Shown: one piece after another, positions 11,230-20,828 of the stretch
How positions within the stretch are numbered: position 1 is the first letter of the stretch
Layout of the letters: every line of letters starts with the position of its first letter
From: a virus
Strand: one strand, 5' to 3'
IMG/VR virus record: IMGVR_UViG_3300024052_000085
Span: 1-64,000 of that record
DNA length: 64,000 bases
Program-made: the position numbers and the translations under genes
The notes under the pieces: generated by a model
The model's database searches: none
Told to the model about the DNA's origin: nothing
Seen by the model: the letters and a program-made list of their open reading frames with translations, nothing else

Positions 11230-11501
11230 TGTCTTTAGAATTTCAAACTAGAAGTAAGAATAGAGAAGACGCGAAGAATTTAAAGAAGAAGAAGATAAAG
11301 GTTTCTTTATTCAAGAATTTTAAAGCTAAAGATCTTCAACAAACAATTAAGCTGTTAGTTATCGGTCTTTCTTTAGGTAGCGGTATATTAGGAGCGGCAT
11401 ATCTTATTAGTGTAGGTATATCTCCTTATATAGGATTTATCTTTGGTGCAGGTGTATTAGCTGTACACTTAAATTATATAGCAACAGTAACAAAGTCATG
11501 A
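11229..11501 (+). CDS. small membrane protein (basic N-terminus, two TM helices)
   Basis: Hydrophobic C-terminal half. Confidence 0.6.
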   Translation: MSLEFQTRSKNREDAKNLKKKKIKVSLFKNFKAKDLQQTIKLLVIGLSLGSGILGAAYLISVGISPYIGFIFGAGVLAVHLNYIATVTKS

Positions 11502-12031
11502 TCTGCGATAATTTAGAATATGCCATTAATGAATATTGTCTAGAATCTGGAAAGTTTCCAATATCAGATGGTAATTATGTTTCTAGTTGGATAGATCTAT
11601 ATCCTTTGACATGTAACAGGGAGTTTAGTAATTTAATTACTGAATCTCTCTGTTCTAAATTGTTTTCAAACTTTTGGCAATTTAGTTATGTAGCGGGAAA
11701 AGAACTTCATGGAACTCTATTAGCCAGTAGTTTAGTGGCCAAATGTAAATGGATAGATTCTGATTTGGTTATTGTACGTAAAGAAGCTAAGTCTATTAAA
11801 GTTCCTTATAATTTCGAGAAAGATTCTAATGAAAATAAATGTATTTTATTGGATGAAGTTATAAGTTCAGGTACTAATATGGAGTCTTCAATTATAGATC
11901 TAAACAATAGAGGATTTCAGGTAGTTGGAGTAATGAGTGTAGTATATAGAGGTGGAGGAGCTAAAGAGAAAGCAGAAGGGATGGGTATTCCTTTTGACTA
12001 TCTATATAAGATTCCCGAGGAGTTGATATGA
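11498..12031 (+). CDS. type I phosphoribosyltransferase, orotate PRTase (PyrE)-like
   Basis: GKF..S.G..SS..IDL, VRKE loop and PRPP-binding ILLDEVISSG. Confidence 0.75.
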   Translation: MICDNLEYAINEYCLESGKFPISDGNYVSSWIDLYPLTCNREFSNLITESLCSKLFSNFWQFSYVAGKELHGTLLASSLVAKCKWIDSDLVIVRKEAKSIKVPYNFEKDSNENKCILLDEVISSGTNMESSIIDLNNRGFQVVGVMSVVYRGGGAKEKAEGMGIPFDYLYKIPEELI

Positions 12032-12665
12032 GTTATAGATTAGTAGATTTAATTCTTAAAGAAGAGTCTAGAAGAGGACGTAGAAATGTACGAGACAGAC
12101 TTGCTAGAGAATATATTCAGAATCATCCAGAAATAAAACAAGATCCGAATAGTATTATTGATTCTAACGATATTCCTGAAGGCACTACTGAAAGTGCAAT
12201 AAGGGGTATAGCTAGATTTTACAATAAATCTAGTTTAGTAAGACAGATATTACGAGAACGGAGAAACGATGACAACACCGAACAGGCCGAATCGTCGAAG
12301 GCAACCGAGTCCAGCCGAACTACAGAGTAGGGTAGATGCCTTATCTCGTTGGATTTCAAGAGATAGAGCTCAAAGAATGGCTCCCTATATGCCTAATCCA
12401 AGTGGTAATAGTCCGGGAGCTAGACGTACTCAAAGAATTTTAATAGCTATGAGAGCTAGAGTTATGGATGCTCAAAAACAATTAGAAAATGAATCGATTG
12501 TTGATGTCGATACTGGTGATCTTATTCATCCTATTTACGGTGTTGTAGATGAGGGTCGTAGATATCGGGGAGGTAACTATGGTAACCTTGCTATAGACGT
12601 AGCTACTACAGATGTTGAAACTATGATATTTACTGGAGATACAGATAATTTGGAGCCTGAACTAC

Positions 12666-14390
12666 ATGCTATCGTCAGCCCGTGATAAATGGGAGCTTGA
12701 ATCTCAAGAAAGATATAAAAGACTCTTTAGAAGTGAACCTGAATATGAACAAGAAAGAGAACTTCCAGATATAATTGCAAATAGGTTTGCTAACTCTCCT
12801 TCAGGTATGGGATTTCATGGTTTAAAGATAGAAGTTGACAACCTAGGAAATCCTAGACTTTGGTCAGAACAGGAAGAGTTAGATACTTATGATATATTTG
12901 AATGGATATTAGATAAAGAAGCAGTAACTTCAGTAGATGGTAGAGGGGTCTTTGATAGTATATTTAAGATTCTTAGTCCTAAACAGATAAAGGAGATTGC
13001 AATATTAGGTAAGACTACTATTTCAGATGGTACTCAACTGATCATACCAGGCAATGCTCCTTGGCTATCTGTACGTAAAGGTAATAAGACAGGTAAACTT
13101 ACAAATATTTATGGTCTTTTGTCTTTACAGAAGGAATTTGATACTGAATTTACAGATCCTGCACACTTTAGGAAGGCAACAGAACTGGCACATGCTAGAT
13201 TATGGAATGCAGGTTTAGGAGATTTAAGTATTAGATCTCCAGGTAACTTAATTGAGGCTATGGTTATTAGAAAATCTCCTCGGCAACCTTTACCTAATCT
13301 ATTACATGTCCAAAGGTTTGCGACAGCATTTAAACCTGCAAGAATAGAAGGTACTACGTTTGGGATTAATGAGGTAATTGACTACGATATTACTTCTGCT
13401 TTTCCTTCCGTTATAAGTGACTTAGTCGATTTAAACTCAATATATTGGTTAGATACTCATAAGCCTCAAGACGAAGCTATTTACGCAGCTATTAGATGTG
13501 ATTTGGAAATAAATCAATCTTTGATTAGAGGACCTATATCTGTAAGGTTAGGTACTAATTCGTCTTTCTTTCCTATAGGCATTATTTCAAGTATTTGGAT
13601 TAGTAAACCCGAATATGATTTGTTAAAAGATTATCCGGAGCTTGGTAAAGTTACTACAATACACGAAGCTTCTTGGGGTTGTCTAAGTAATCCTGAAAGT
13701 GCTGAAATTTATCCTTTCAGACGTCTACTTAAGAATTTATTGTTCCCTCTACGTCAGAGAGATAAATTTTTAGGTGGATATCTTAAATTAGCTATGGCAG
13801 CTTTATGGGGTAAGTTTATTTCTTCATATGAAGTTCAAGATACTTTGGATGGTGAGAAATATACTAGGTCTTCTAGTCTTTATAATCCTATATTTGCCTC
13901 TCATGTTACGGGAGCAGTTAGAGCTAGTCTTTATAGAACTAGCTTAGGTAAAGAAGTGGTAGGAGAATTCGTAGATGGTATAGCCTTATTAGAGTCTACT
14001 AGAACAAGAAATGGTTTTGGAGGTCTAATTCAAGAAGGCTCTGGAACGATGGTTCTATTCGACGATCAATATAAAGGTTGTGATTGGAAGAATCCTGAAG
14101 TATTAGTTTGGGCTCAAGGATATAAAGATAAGTATTTCTTCGAGATGCCAAGAAATTACAGAAATTCTTTACAATTTGCATATCAGAAATTTGGAACTGA
14201 TGGAGCAGCATCTGAAATGTCTAGGGAGTCTACTATAATGCAGCATATACCTATAGGACCTTCTAGAAGACTTATGGATGCTTACAGAGTAGGAGACTTC
14301 TTAAATTATTCTCTACCTAGTGCACCTCCTAGAATGTCAGATTTAATGACAATAATGTATCAGAGATCATTTAGTAGGAAGATAAGATAA
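12666..14390 (+). CDS. degenerate family B DNA polymerase, protein-primed-like
   Basis: Motif A YDITSAFPS, motif B KLAMAALWGKF, YNPIFASHVTGAVR (Tx2G/AR), motif C reduced to FVDGI. Confidence 0.7.
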   Translation: MLSSARDKWELESQERYKRLFRSEPEYEQERELPDIIANRFANSPSGMGFHGLKIEVDNLGNPRLWSEQEELDTYDIFEWILDKEAVTSVDGRGVFDSIFKILSPKQIKEIAILGKTTISDGTQLIIPGNAPWLSVRKGNKTGKLTNIYGLLSLQKEFDTEFTDPAHFRKATELAHARLWNAGLGDLSIRSPGNLIEAMVIRKSPRQPLPNLLHVQRFATAFKPARIEGTTFGINEVIDYDITSAFPSVISDLVDLNSIYWLDTHKPQDEAIYAAIRCDLEINQSLIRGPISVRLGTNSSFFPIGIISSIWISKPEYDLLKDYPELGKVTTIHEASWGCLSNPESAEIYPFRRLLKNLLFPLRQRDKFLGGYLKLAMAALWGKFISSYEVQDTLDGEKYTRSSSLYNPIFASHVTGAVRASLYRTSLGKEVVGEFVDGIALLESTRTRNGFGGLIQEGSGTMVLFDDQYKGCDWKNPEVLVWAQGYKDKYFFEMPRNYRNSLQFAYQKFGTDGAASEMSRESTIMQHIPIGPSRRLMDAYRVGDFLNYSLPSAPPRMSDLMTIMYQRSFSRKIR

Positions 14391-15079
14391 TGTCGCTTAA
14401 ACAAAGAGAGAAAATTATTAGCGAGCACTTTAGAAGATTGGCTGATCCTGTATTTGCTAGAAGAAGTAATGTTCAGTCAATGCATACTAGATATAAGACT
14501 ACAGATGTAATTAGAATGCATTCTAAGCTTTCGAATCCCGACTTTAAGGGTCTAATGCTGAAAGCTGATGAACTAATGATTAATGAGAATATTACTCTAT
14601 GGGAACCTTCCTCTCCAGATTGGACAAATGAGGTTCTTTATCACATACATTATGATCCTGACATTAGAGAAGATAAGGAAGATCTTGCAGATAGAGAAAC
14701 TGAGTATGAACGTAGAAGAAATGTTACTCAGTGGAGAGATGAATTTCCAGATATTCTTAAAGAATATAGCTGGAACAGATTAGACTGGTTATGGGATATG
14801 TCCTGGTCCTTCTATGTTTCCTATAGAGACCAATTTAGACAAGGACATTTACAAGTATATAAAAGTATTCTAGGAGAAATACCTAGAGGATTAGAAGATA
14901 TTCCATATCAAAGTGTTATGACAGCTGAACGTAAGTATCGACAAAGGTCTTTTAATGAAAAGATGAGCAAAGCAATACTAAGAAAAGATACTGAAACTCT
15001 AGAACATATGGGCTTTACAGAAGATGAAATCTCTAAAGCATATGAGCGTGCTGATCATATACAATCTCGAAGGGGGTAA
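14390..15079 (+). CDS. helical protein coupled to PolB (terminal-protein candidate, speculative)
   Basis: TAATG-coupled to the PolB gene; size and position only. Confidence 0.3.
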   Translation: MSLKQREKIISEHFRRLADPVFARRSNVQSMHTRYKTTDVIRMHSKLSNPDFKGLMLKADELMINENITLWEPSSPDWTNEVLYHIHYDPDIREDKEDLADRETEYERRRNVTQWRDEFPDILKEYSWNRLDWLWDMSWSFYVSYRDQFRQGHLQVYKSILGEIPRGLEDIPYQSVMTAERKYRQRSFNEKMSKAILRKDTETLEHMGFTEDEISKAYERADHIQSRRG

Positions 15080-15080
15080 T

Positions 15081-15110
15081 TTGAAGCATCAGATTAAATT
15101 ATATTATAAT
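15081..15110 (+). promoter_or_regulatory. virus-specific promoter motif, copy 2
   Basis: TTGAAG-CATCAGATTAAATTATAT-TATAAT upstream of the ATPase/ssb genes. Confidence 0.75.
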
Positions 15111-15131
15111 AAATCATAAGGAGTTCGAGAA

Positions 15132-15971
15132 ATGACAACAACATCTGTCTGGGTTGACGGAAAAAAAGGAAAAACGTTAGATGTATCAGAATACATAGAC
15201 GGTTCTCCATGGGATGGAGAATATGCTACTTTCAATATGATGATTTATGGTGAACCTGGAGAAGGTAAGACTCCTCTATTAGGTTCAGTTGTAGATGTTC
15301 CTTCAATGCTTCCAGCATTGCTTATTGATTGCGATTCGGGAACTTTAAGTATTCGAAACAGAGATGGATTGAATACGTTACATCTTAATAAGATGGCCGC
15401 TCAACTCTCAAATGAACAAGGTAAAGAGATAAGTCCTTGGAAAGCTCTTGAAGAGACTTATAGATGGTTGACTCAAGACGATCACGATTACAAAACCGTA
15501 ATGTTAGATGGAGGTACAGAGATACAGAGATACTGTGAGTTAGAATGTATAGCTTATGGTATTGAAAAGAAGAATTCAGGAGACCATGATCCAGAGCTTG
15601 CTGAACTTGCAGACTATAGAAGGATTCACGAAAGAATGAAGCGTATGTATATGCGTTTTAGAGACCTTCAAACCAAAGATGGTAGAAGGATAAACTTCTT
15701 AGCAACAGCACATGAAGGTAAAGCTAAGGATGATCTTTCAGGTAAGATGTATATTCAACCTTTATTCATAGGAAAAGCTACAGTTCTTATCTCTTCTGTT
15801 TTCGATATATTAGCAAGACTAACTACATCCGATGTAGGTACTAAGAAGGATGTTAAGGTTCTTGTTCCTGCTGTTAATGGTACAGCTAGAGGACGAGATA
15901 GATCAGGCAGTTTAGGTGGGTTTGTTGAAGACCCTACAATGGCAAAGTTAGCAGAAAAAATAAGAGGTTAA
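15132..15971 (+). CDS. AAA_24 / Sak4-like P-loop ATPase (recombinase-associated)
   Basis: Walker A YGEPGEGKT, LLIDCD, VMLDGGTE, ATAHE; adjacent to SSB. Confidence 0.8.
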   Translation: MTTTSVWVDGKKGKTLDVSEYIDGSPWDGEYATFNMMIYGEPGEGKTPLLGSVVDVPSMLPALLIDCDSGTLSIRNRDGLNTLHLNKMAAQLSNEQGKEISPWKALEETYRWLTQDDHDYKTVMLDGGTEIQRYCELECIAYGIEKKNSGDHDPELAELADYRRIHERMKRMYMRFRDLQTKDGRRINFLATAHEGKAKDDLSGKMYIQPLFIGKATVLISSVFDILARLTTSDVGTKKDVKVLVPAVNGTARGRDRSGSLGGFVEDPTMAKLAEKIRG

Positions 15972-15982
15972 GAAAAGGATTG

Positions 15983-16550
15983 TTAGATGTTTGAAATCTC
16001 ATCTAGGGGAAGGTCCTTAGCACATAAAATTATATATAAAAGAAATGGTGAATACATTGGTTAAAGTTAATTTGGCAAATCAAGAAATGCGAACCTTCGA
16101 TCCCGTACCTGCTGGTACTTACAGAGTAACTGTAGATCAGTGCGAGGAACGTCAATCTCAGATGTCTGGCAATGCCAACATCTTCTGGCTGTTCCGTATT
16201 ACTGACGTCATCAGCACTCAGGGTGATGGAGGCGGCGCTGGTCTAGTAGATCGTACTATTATGCATGGAACTTCTCTTCAGGAGAGCGCTCTTTGGAATC
16301 TCTTCCGGACTCTAGTAGCTCTGGGTGAAGATCCTCAAGGATTGCAGGATGGTGAGTTTGAACTCGAGCCTGATACTCAGATTGGTAAGGAGTGTGTAGT
16401 TACTGTTCGTATCCGTGACTACCAAGGTCAGCCAACAAATAACATAACAGCTCTTCGGGCTCTGTCTGAGTCTGAAGCCGGTGCTCTAGCCTAGGTTATA
16501 ACCTAAAAAGTAGTACCTCACTTCCCCTAGATGAGGTCTCAGGCATCTAA
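15983..16550 (+). repeat. 30-nt long-range inverted repeat (15983-16012 / 16521-16550) bracketing the SSB gene
   Basis: 15-bp perfect core CTCATCTAGGGGAAG/CTTCCCCTAGATGAG, extended by G-U pairs. Confidence 0.85.
16045..16494 (+). CDS. DUF669-like single-stranded DNA-binding protein
   Basis: FDPVPAGTY...S..SGN...IGKEC.V.V....YQG...N.I pattern; follows the Sak4-like ATPase. Confidence 0.75.
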   Translation: MVNTLVKVNLANQEMRTFDPVPAGTYRVTVDQCEERQSQMSGNANIFWLFRITDVISTQGDGGGAGLVDRTIMHGTSLQESALWNLFRTLVALGEDPQGLQDGEFELEPDTQIGKECVVTVRIRDYQGQPTNNITALRALSESEAGALA

Positions 16551-16969
16551 TGATTCTTTATCACATTAGTCCATCAAAGAGAAGATTAAAGATACGTAGA
16601 GAGGGATTAAAACCTCCTACGTTTCTTTGTAGTAAGAAGGATCTCTCAAGCTGGTTAATGTCAGCTCTTATTAATTTCTATAATACAGGTAGAGGAGGTG
16701 TACTCACACTATACGAAGTTAAAATTCCAAATAACTGGTTCTACGACGGTAGTTTAGTATTTAAAAGAAATGCTGATATAGGACCTGAATATGTTATTGG
16801 TGAAACTATAGATAAGTCTAGAGTAAAATCTATAGGTACTGTTAGAGTAAAAGATACAGTTGAAAGAGGTATTAAAGAGGGGTGGTTAATTCAAGTTATG
16901 TCTTCAGGTAAAGAAGTAAGACCAAAATGGAAGTCTAGAAAAAGAAAGCAATTTGCTAGAGTGTCGTAA
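16550..16969 (+). CDS. ADP-ribosyltransferase-fold (Tpt1/ART-like) protein
   Basis: LYHIS....I.REGL.P, LYEV and a late EY strand. Confidence 0.45.
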   Translation: MILYHISPSKRRLKIRREGLKPPTFLCSKKDLSSWLMSALINFYNTGRGGVLTLYEVKIPNNWFYDGSLVFKRNADIGPEYVIGETIDKSRVKSIGTVRVKDTVERGIKEGWLIQVMSSGKEVRPKWKSRKRKQFARVS

Positions 16970-17415
16970 TGGCTACATTACAAGCTGGAGTCTATTACGA
17001 CCATCCTGGATGGTATCGTTTAGTATGTCGTTATGATCCTTGGATGCAAGAAAACTTAAAAGCAAGTATAGGTTTAGGTAATTATAAATATGACCCTAAA
17101 CTAAAATTATGGTATGTAAGAGAGCCTTATAGAAAGACTACTGTAGATCTCTTAACTAGTCATGGCTATACTGTTTCCTTCGAAGGTAAAGAAGAAAATA
17201 AGAAGGAACAAAAATCAGGACCTAAGAATGTCTCTTCTGTTAGAGGAGATAATCCTTGGTCCATTATTTTTGGTCGCTTGCCAGATACTAATCATGGCCA
17301 AGAACTACGTGTTAAACTTTATAGGGAAGTTACTAAGATATTACACCCAGATAAAGGAGGCCATGAAGAAGCTATGAAGGAATTGAATGAAGCCTGGAGT
17401 AAATTAAAACCATGA
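16969..17415 (+). CDS. HARP-like N-domain plus C-terminal J-domain-like (HPD) protein
   Basis: Y....E.LK...KYDP..K.W.V; LYREVTKILHPDKGGHEEAMKELNEAW. Confidence 0.7.
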   Translation: MATLQAGVYYDHPGWYRLVCRYDPWMQENLKASIGLGNYKYDPKLKLWYVREPYRKTTVDLLTSHGYTVSFEGKEENKKEQKSGPKNVSSVRGDNPWSIIFGRLPDTNHGQELRVKLYREVTKILHPDKGGHEEAMKELNEAWSKLKP

Positions 17416-17655
17416 TGAAAAATGATTTAGATGATGACAATAATCAATTTATTTGGTGGTTAGGAGAACTCGGAGTTTATTTATTAGAATGCTATAAATT
17501 CAATCTTATGGACCTTCTCGCAAATCATCCAGAAATAGCTAATAAATCTGCAGAGTTAATGAGAGAAGAATTTATGAAGGGTATGGATCCTCATACTTTT
17601 GGAGATTCTATAGTACCTAAAGAGTATACTAAAGTAGAAGGTATTAAGGAGAATT

Positions 17656-18132
17656 ATGCCTGATAAAGAAGAGATTGAACTTGACATAGGTTTTTCCTAC
17701 TTTGGGGATCCTGATTTAGTTACAGAGTATGAAGGTGGGAGTTCTTTTAACTTACAGCCTGGATCTCATAAAAAGGTTATAGGTATAGATTTACAAACTG
17801 TTCCAGAAGACATTCCAGTAGACCAAATAAAAGCAAGTGCTGATTATCTTCCTATACAAGATCAAAGTGTTGATTCAGTATTTGCAGGTGGAGTCTTCGG
17901 AGCTTATGTTGATCTAGAAGACTCTGTTAAAGAAGCAGATAGAGTCTTAAGGCCTGGAGGTAAAATGTTCATAAGAACTTGGGGTAGATATATGCCTCGT
18001 TTGAAATTACTTCTTAAACGTGGATATTACATAACTGAAATGGGTACTCCAGACTCTAAGGATCTCTTTCCAGGCGAGAACCCTTTAGACTTTGAATGGC
18101 ACGTAAGAGCAGTTAAGAGAGGTAAGAGGTAA
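17656..18132 (+). CDS. class I SAM-dependent methyltransferase-like (type 11), paralog 1
   Basis: LDIG, ASADYLPIQDQSVDSV, EADRVLRPGG. Confidence 0.75.
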   Translation: MPDKEEIELDIGFSYFGDPDLVTEYEGGSSFNLQPGSHKKVIGIDLQTVPEDIPVDQIKASADYLPIQDQSVDSVFAGGVFGAYVDLEDSVKEADRVLRPGGKMFIRTWGRYMPRLKLLLKRGYYITEMGTPDSKDLFPGENPLDFEWHVRAVKRGKR

Positions 18133-18134
18133 CA

Positions 18135-18338
18135 ATGGTAGTTGGAGAGTTTTTTAAAGAAGGTAACAAACGTATGTTATGGGTGAGATGTCCTATGTGT
18201 GAAGAGGAAAGAGGAGCACCTGTAAGGACTAAAGAAGATCTACCTAGTCGTTTGTGTAAAGTATGTAATTTGAAGAACGCTAAAATTAATATGGAGAGTA
18301 TATGGAATATTATAAAGAATGATCATACTCAGAGGTAG
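18135..18338 (+). CDS. C4 Zn-finger protein, paralog 1
   Basis: WVRCPMC..ER...RLCKVCN. Confidence 0.65.
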   Translation: MVVGEFFKEGNKRMLWVRCPMCEEERGAPVRTKEDLPSRLCKVCNLKNAKINMESIWNIIKNDHTQR

Positions 18339-18398
18339 ATGAGAAAACGTAGGCGTACTAGAGGTAATAAACGTTATATTAAATATAAGCGAGGTTAT

Positions 18399-19103
18399 AT
18401 GAAAGGATTGGTTTTACATTCAGGAGGATTAGACTCTTCTACGTTACTTGCAGCGGCTGCAGATGAGTGTGATGAGGTAGTAGGTCTTTCTATTGCATAC
18501 GGTCAAAAACATCAAGATAGAGAGATTAGAGCAGCGAGGGAAGTTTGTGCTTACTTTAAAGCAGAGCATCTTGAAATTGAGTTGCCAGATGTCTTCAAAG
18601 GCTTTGGTAGTACTCTTATGGATTCTGATAAAGATAATCCGCATCTTACCTATGAAGAGATCCGCGCTAGCGAAGGTCCTTCTCCTACGTATGTTCCGTT
18701 CCGAAATGCGAATCTTCTTTCCATAGCAACAGCAACTGCTCAGATACATAAATGTGATATAGTATACTTTGGAGCTCACTCGGATGATGCTCACAATTAT
18801 GCTTATCCTGATTGTACTCCTGAATTCATTGGAGCTATGGCAAATGCTATTAGTGTTGGAACGTATTATACTGTACGGTTGAAAACTCCTATTATGTGGA
18901 TGACTAAAGGTCAAGTTACTGAATGGGGTCAAAGTTTAGGAGTTCCCTTTGCAATGACTTATTCTTGTTACGAAGGTACTGAGATACACTGTGGAGAATG
19001 TCCTACCTGTGTTTCAAGACAAGTAGCGTTTGAGGAGGCAGGCATTGACGATCCCACAGAATATACCGGAGGAGCCCAACGCGAAAAAGCCATTCACGGT
19101 TAG
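18399..19103 (+). CDS. queC: 7-cyano-7-deazaguanine (preQ0) synthase
   Basis: SGGLDS, YGQKH, TYVPFRN, YPDC, TYSCY..HCGECPTC; start moved to MKGLVLHSGG. Confidence 0.95.
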   Translation: MKGLVLHSGGLDSSTLLAAAADECDEVVGLSIAYGQKHQDREIRAAREVCAYFKAEHLEIELPDVFKGFGSTLMDSDKDNPHLTYEEIRASEGPSPTYVPFRNANLLSIATATAQIHKCDIVYFGAHSDDAHNYAYPDCTPEFIGAMANAISVGTYYTVRLKTPIMWMTKGQVTEWGQSLGVPFAMTYSCYEGTEIHCGECPTCVSRQVAFEEAGIDDPTEYTGGAQREKAIHG

Positions 19104-19251
19104 TCTAAGTATCTCTTATAGTGTTCCAAGACGCTACTCCAGAATACAAGCTGAAAGTAAAGAACAAGCTTTAGAAATTGCTCTAGAACAGTTACAAAAA
19201 GATACTTGGGGAGTACAGGATGTTAAAGTAATGTCAGTTGAAGAGGGTTAA
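19045..19251 (+). CDS. small protein with AES.E.A.E.A motif
   Basis: TTG start 6 nt after GAGGAGG; overlaps the queC end. Confidence 0.45.
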   Translation: MTIPQNIPEEPNAKKPFTVSLSISYSVPRRYSRIQAESKEQALEIALEQLQKDTWGVQDVKVMSVEEG

Positions 19252-19954
19252 TGTGGTAGACGCTTTAGATATTAAGAAAATAGAAGTTACGGAGATCTTT
19301 AGTTCTCTTCAAGGAGAGGGTAAGAGATGTGGAGTTCCTGCAACCTTTGTAAGATTAAGAAGATGTAATCTAGCTTGCATATGGTGCGATCAAAAAGAGA
19401 CTTGGGATGTAAACGATCCTGGGTATAACAATTATGAACTTAAGCATATATCTGAAATAAGACAACAGATATTAGACTACAATAATAGACTATTAGTTAT
19501 TACAGGAGGTGAACCTCTACTTTGGCAAAGAGAGCTAAGATATTTAATTGACTCAATGCCAAGTGAGATTAGTATAGAGATAGAATCTAACGGAACTATA
19601 GATCCAAGTTTTCTAAAGTTGACTAGGACTGAATTTAATATTTCACCTAAGATGTCTAACTCTGGAAACGGTGAAAGAAATACTAAAGTACATGACGAAT
19701 ACCTCGATCTATTTAAACTTAGAAGGGTCGTATTTAAGTTTGTAGTTAAGACAGCTAGTGATTTTGAAGAGGTAGATAGGTTTGTAGCTAATTATAATTT
19801 AAATCCTAAAGGTATTTATGTTATGCCTGAAGGAGTTGACCGAGAAACCATTTGCACTAGACTTCCAATCCTCTTCGATTATTGTAATGAGAGAGGATAT
19901 AATTTAACTACTAGATTACACGTTCTAGCCTTTGGAGATATGAAAGGAGTTTAA
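19238..19954 (+). CDS. queE: 7-carboxy-7-deazaguanine synthase (radical SAM)
   Basis: EIFSSLQGEG, CNLACIWCD, TGGEPLL, ESNGT, ISPK. Confidence 0.93.
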   Translation: MKRVNVVDALDIKKIEVTEIFSSLQGEGKRCGVPATFVRLRRCNLACIWCDQKETWDVNDPGYNNYELKHISEIRQQILDYNNRLLVITGGEPLLWQRELRYLIDSMPSEISIEIESNGTIDPSFLKLTRTEFNISPKMSNSGNGERNTKVHDEYLDLFKLRRVVFKFVVKTASDFEEVDRFVANYNLNPKGIYVMPEGVDRETICTRLPILFDYCNERGYNLTTRLHVLAFGDMKGV

Positions 19955-20145
19955 ATGCTAAGATCAACCATGATTACATGTTGCTATAAAGTATGTGGTA
20001 AAAACCATGGTTCTTCCCTAGGGTTACACTTTGATACTGATATTAAAGAAGTGTATTGTAACGTAAAGTGTTATGTAGAAGACTATTTCCTGAAACATAC
20101 AGGAAGACAAGGCGAAATTATAGAAACTGATAGAGGGTATAATTA

Positions 20146-20823
20146 ATGGTAGAGCAGACTAACGAAGATCCAAGAGTAGTTGGAGGAGACTTTACAGAGA
20201 TTGTAAAATCAAGAAATAAAGGAGTTGAAGAAGATATTAATTATGGAGATAAAGAGAGAGGTAAAGATTTAGAAGACGCAGCTAAGTTAATAATCAAAGC
20301 TCTAGGCGAAGATATAAATGCAGAAGGACTATCTGAGACTCCAAGACGTTTCAGAGAAATGTTTATGGAGGATTTCTGGCCTGGAGATTCTTTAGATACT
20401 GTTCTAGGTGAAATGGTAATGGAAGAAAGCTTTGACCAAATGGTTATAGTTAAAGATATCCCAATCCGTTCACATTGCGAACATCACATATTACCTTGGT
20501 GGGGTAAGGTTTGTTTAGGTTATATTCCTCATGCTAAAACTGTTGGGTTAAGTAAAATGACTAGAATGGTTGATGCAGCAGGTAAAGGACTAACTATTCA
20601 AGAGAGAGTAACTGATAGTATTGCTCAGAGTATGAATAGAGTTCTAGATCCTAAAGGTGTAATGATAGTAGTTGAAGCAGTTCATATGTGTACTCTAATG
20701 AGAGGAGTAAAAACTGAAATGCAAAGATTTACTACCAGCACGGCTAAAGGAGTATTCTTAACTAATTCAGCACCTAGACAAGAGTTTCTAACCTTGTTTG
20801 CTAAAAATGGAAGTTTGATTTAA
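20146..20823 (+). CDS. folE: GTP cyclohydrolase I
   Basis: GL.ETP.R, SHCEHH.LP, GLSK, IQER, HMC..MRG. Confidence 0.95.
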   Translation: MVEQTNEDPRVVGGDFTEIVKSRNKGVEEDINYGDKERGKDLEDAAKLIIKALGEDINAEGLSETPRRFREMFMEDFWPGDSLDTVLGEMVMEESFDQMVIVKDIPIRSHCEHHILPWWGKVCLGYIPHAKTVGLSKMTRMVDAAGKGLTIQERVTDSIAQSMNRVLDPKGVMIVVEAVHMCTLMRGVKTEMQRFTTSTAKGVFLTNSAPRQEFLTLFAKNGSLI

Positions 20824-20828
20824 TTTCT

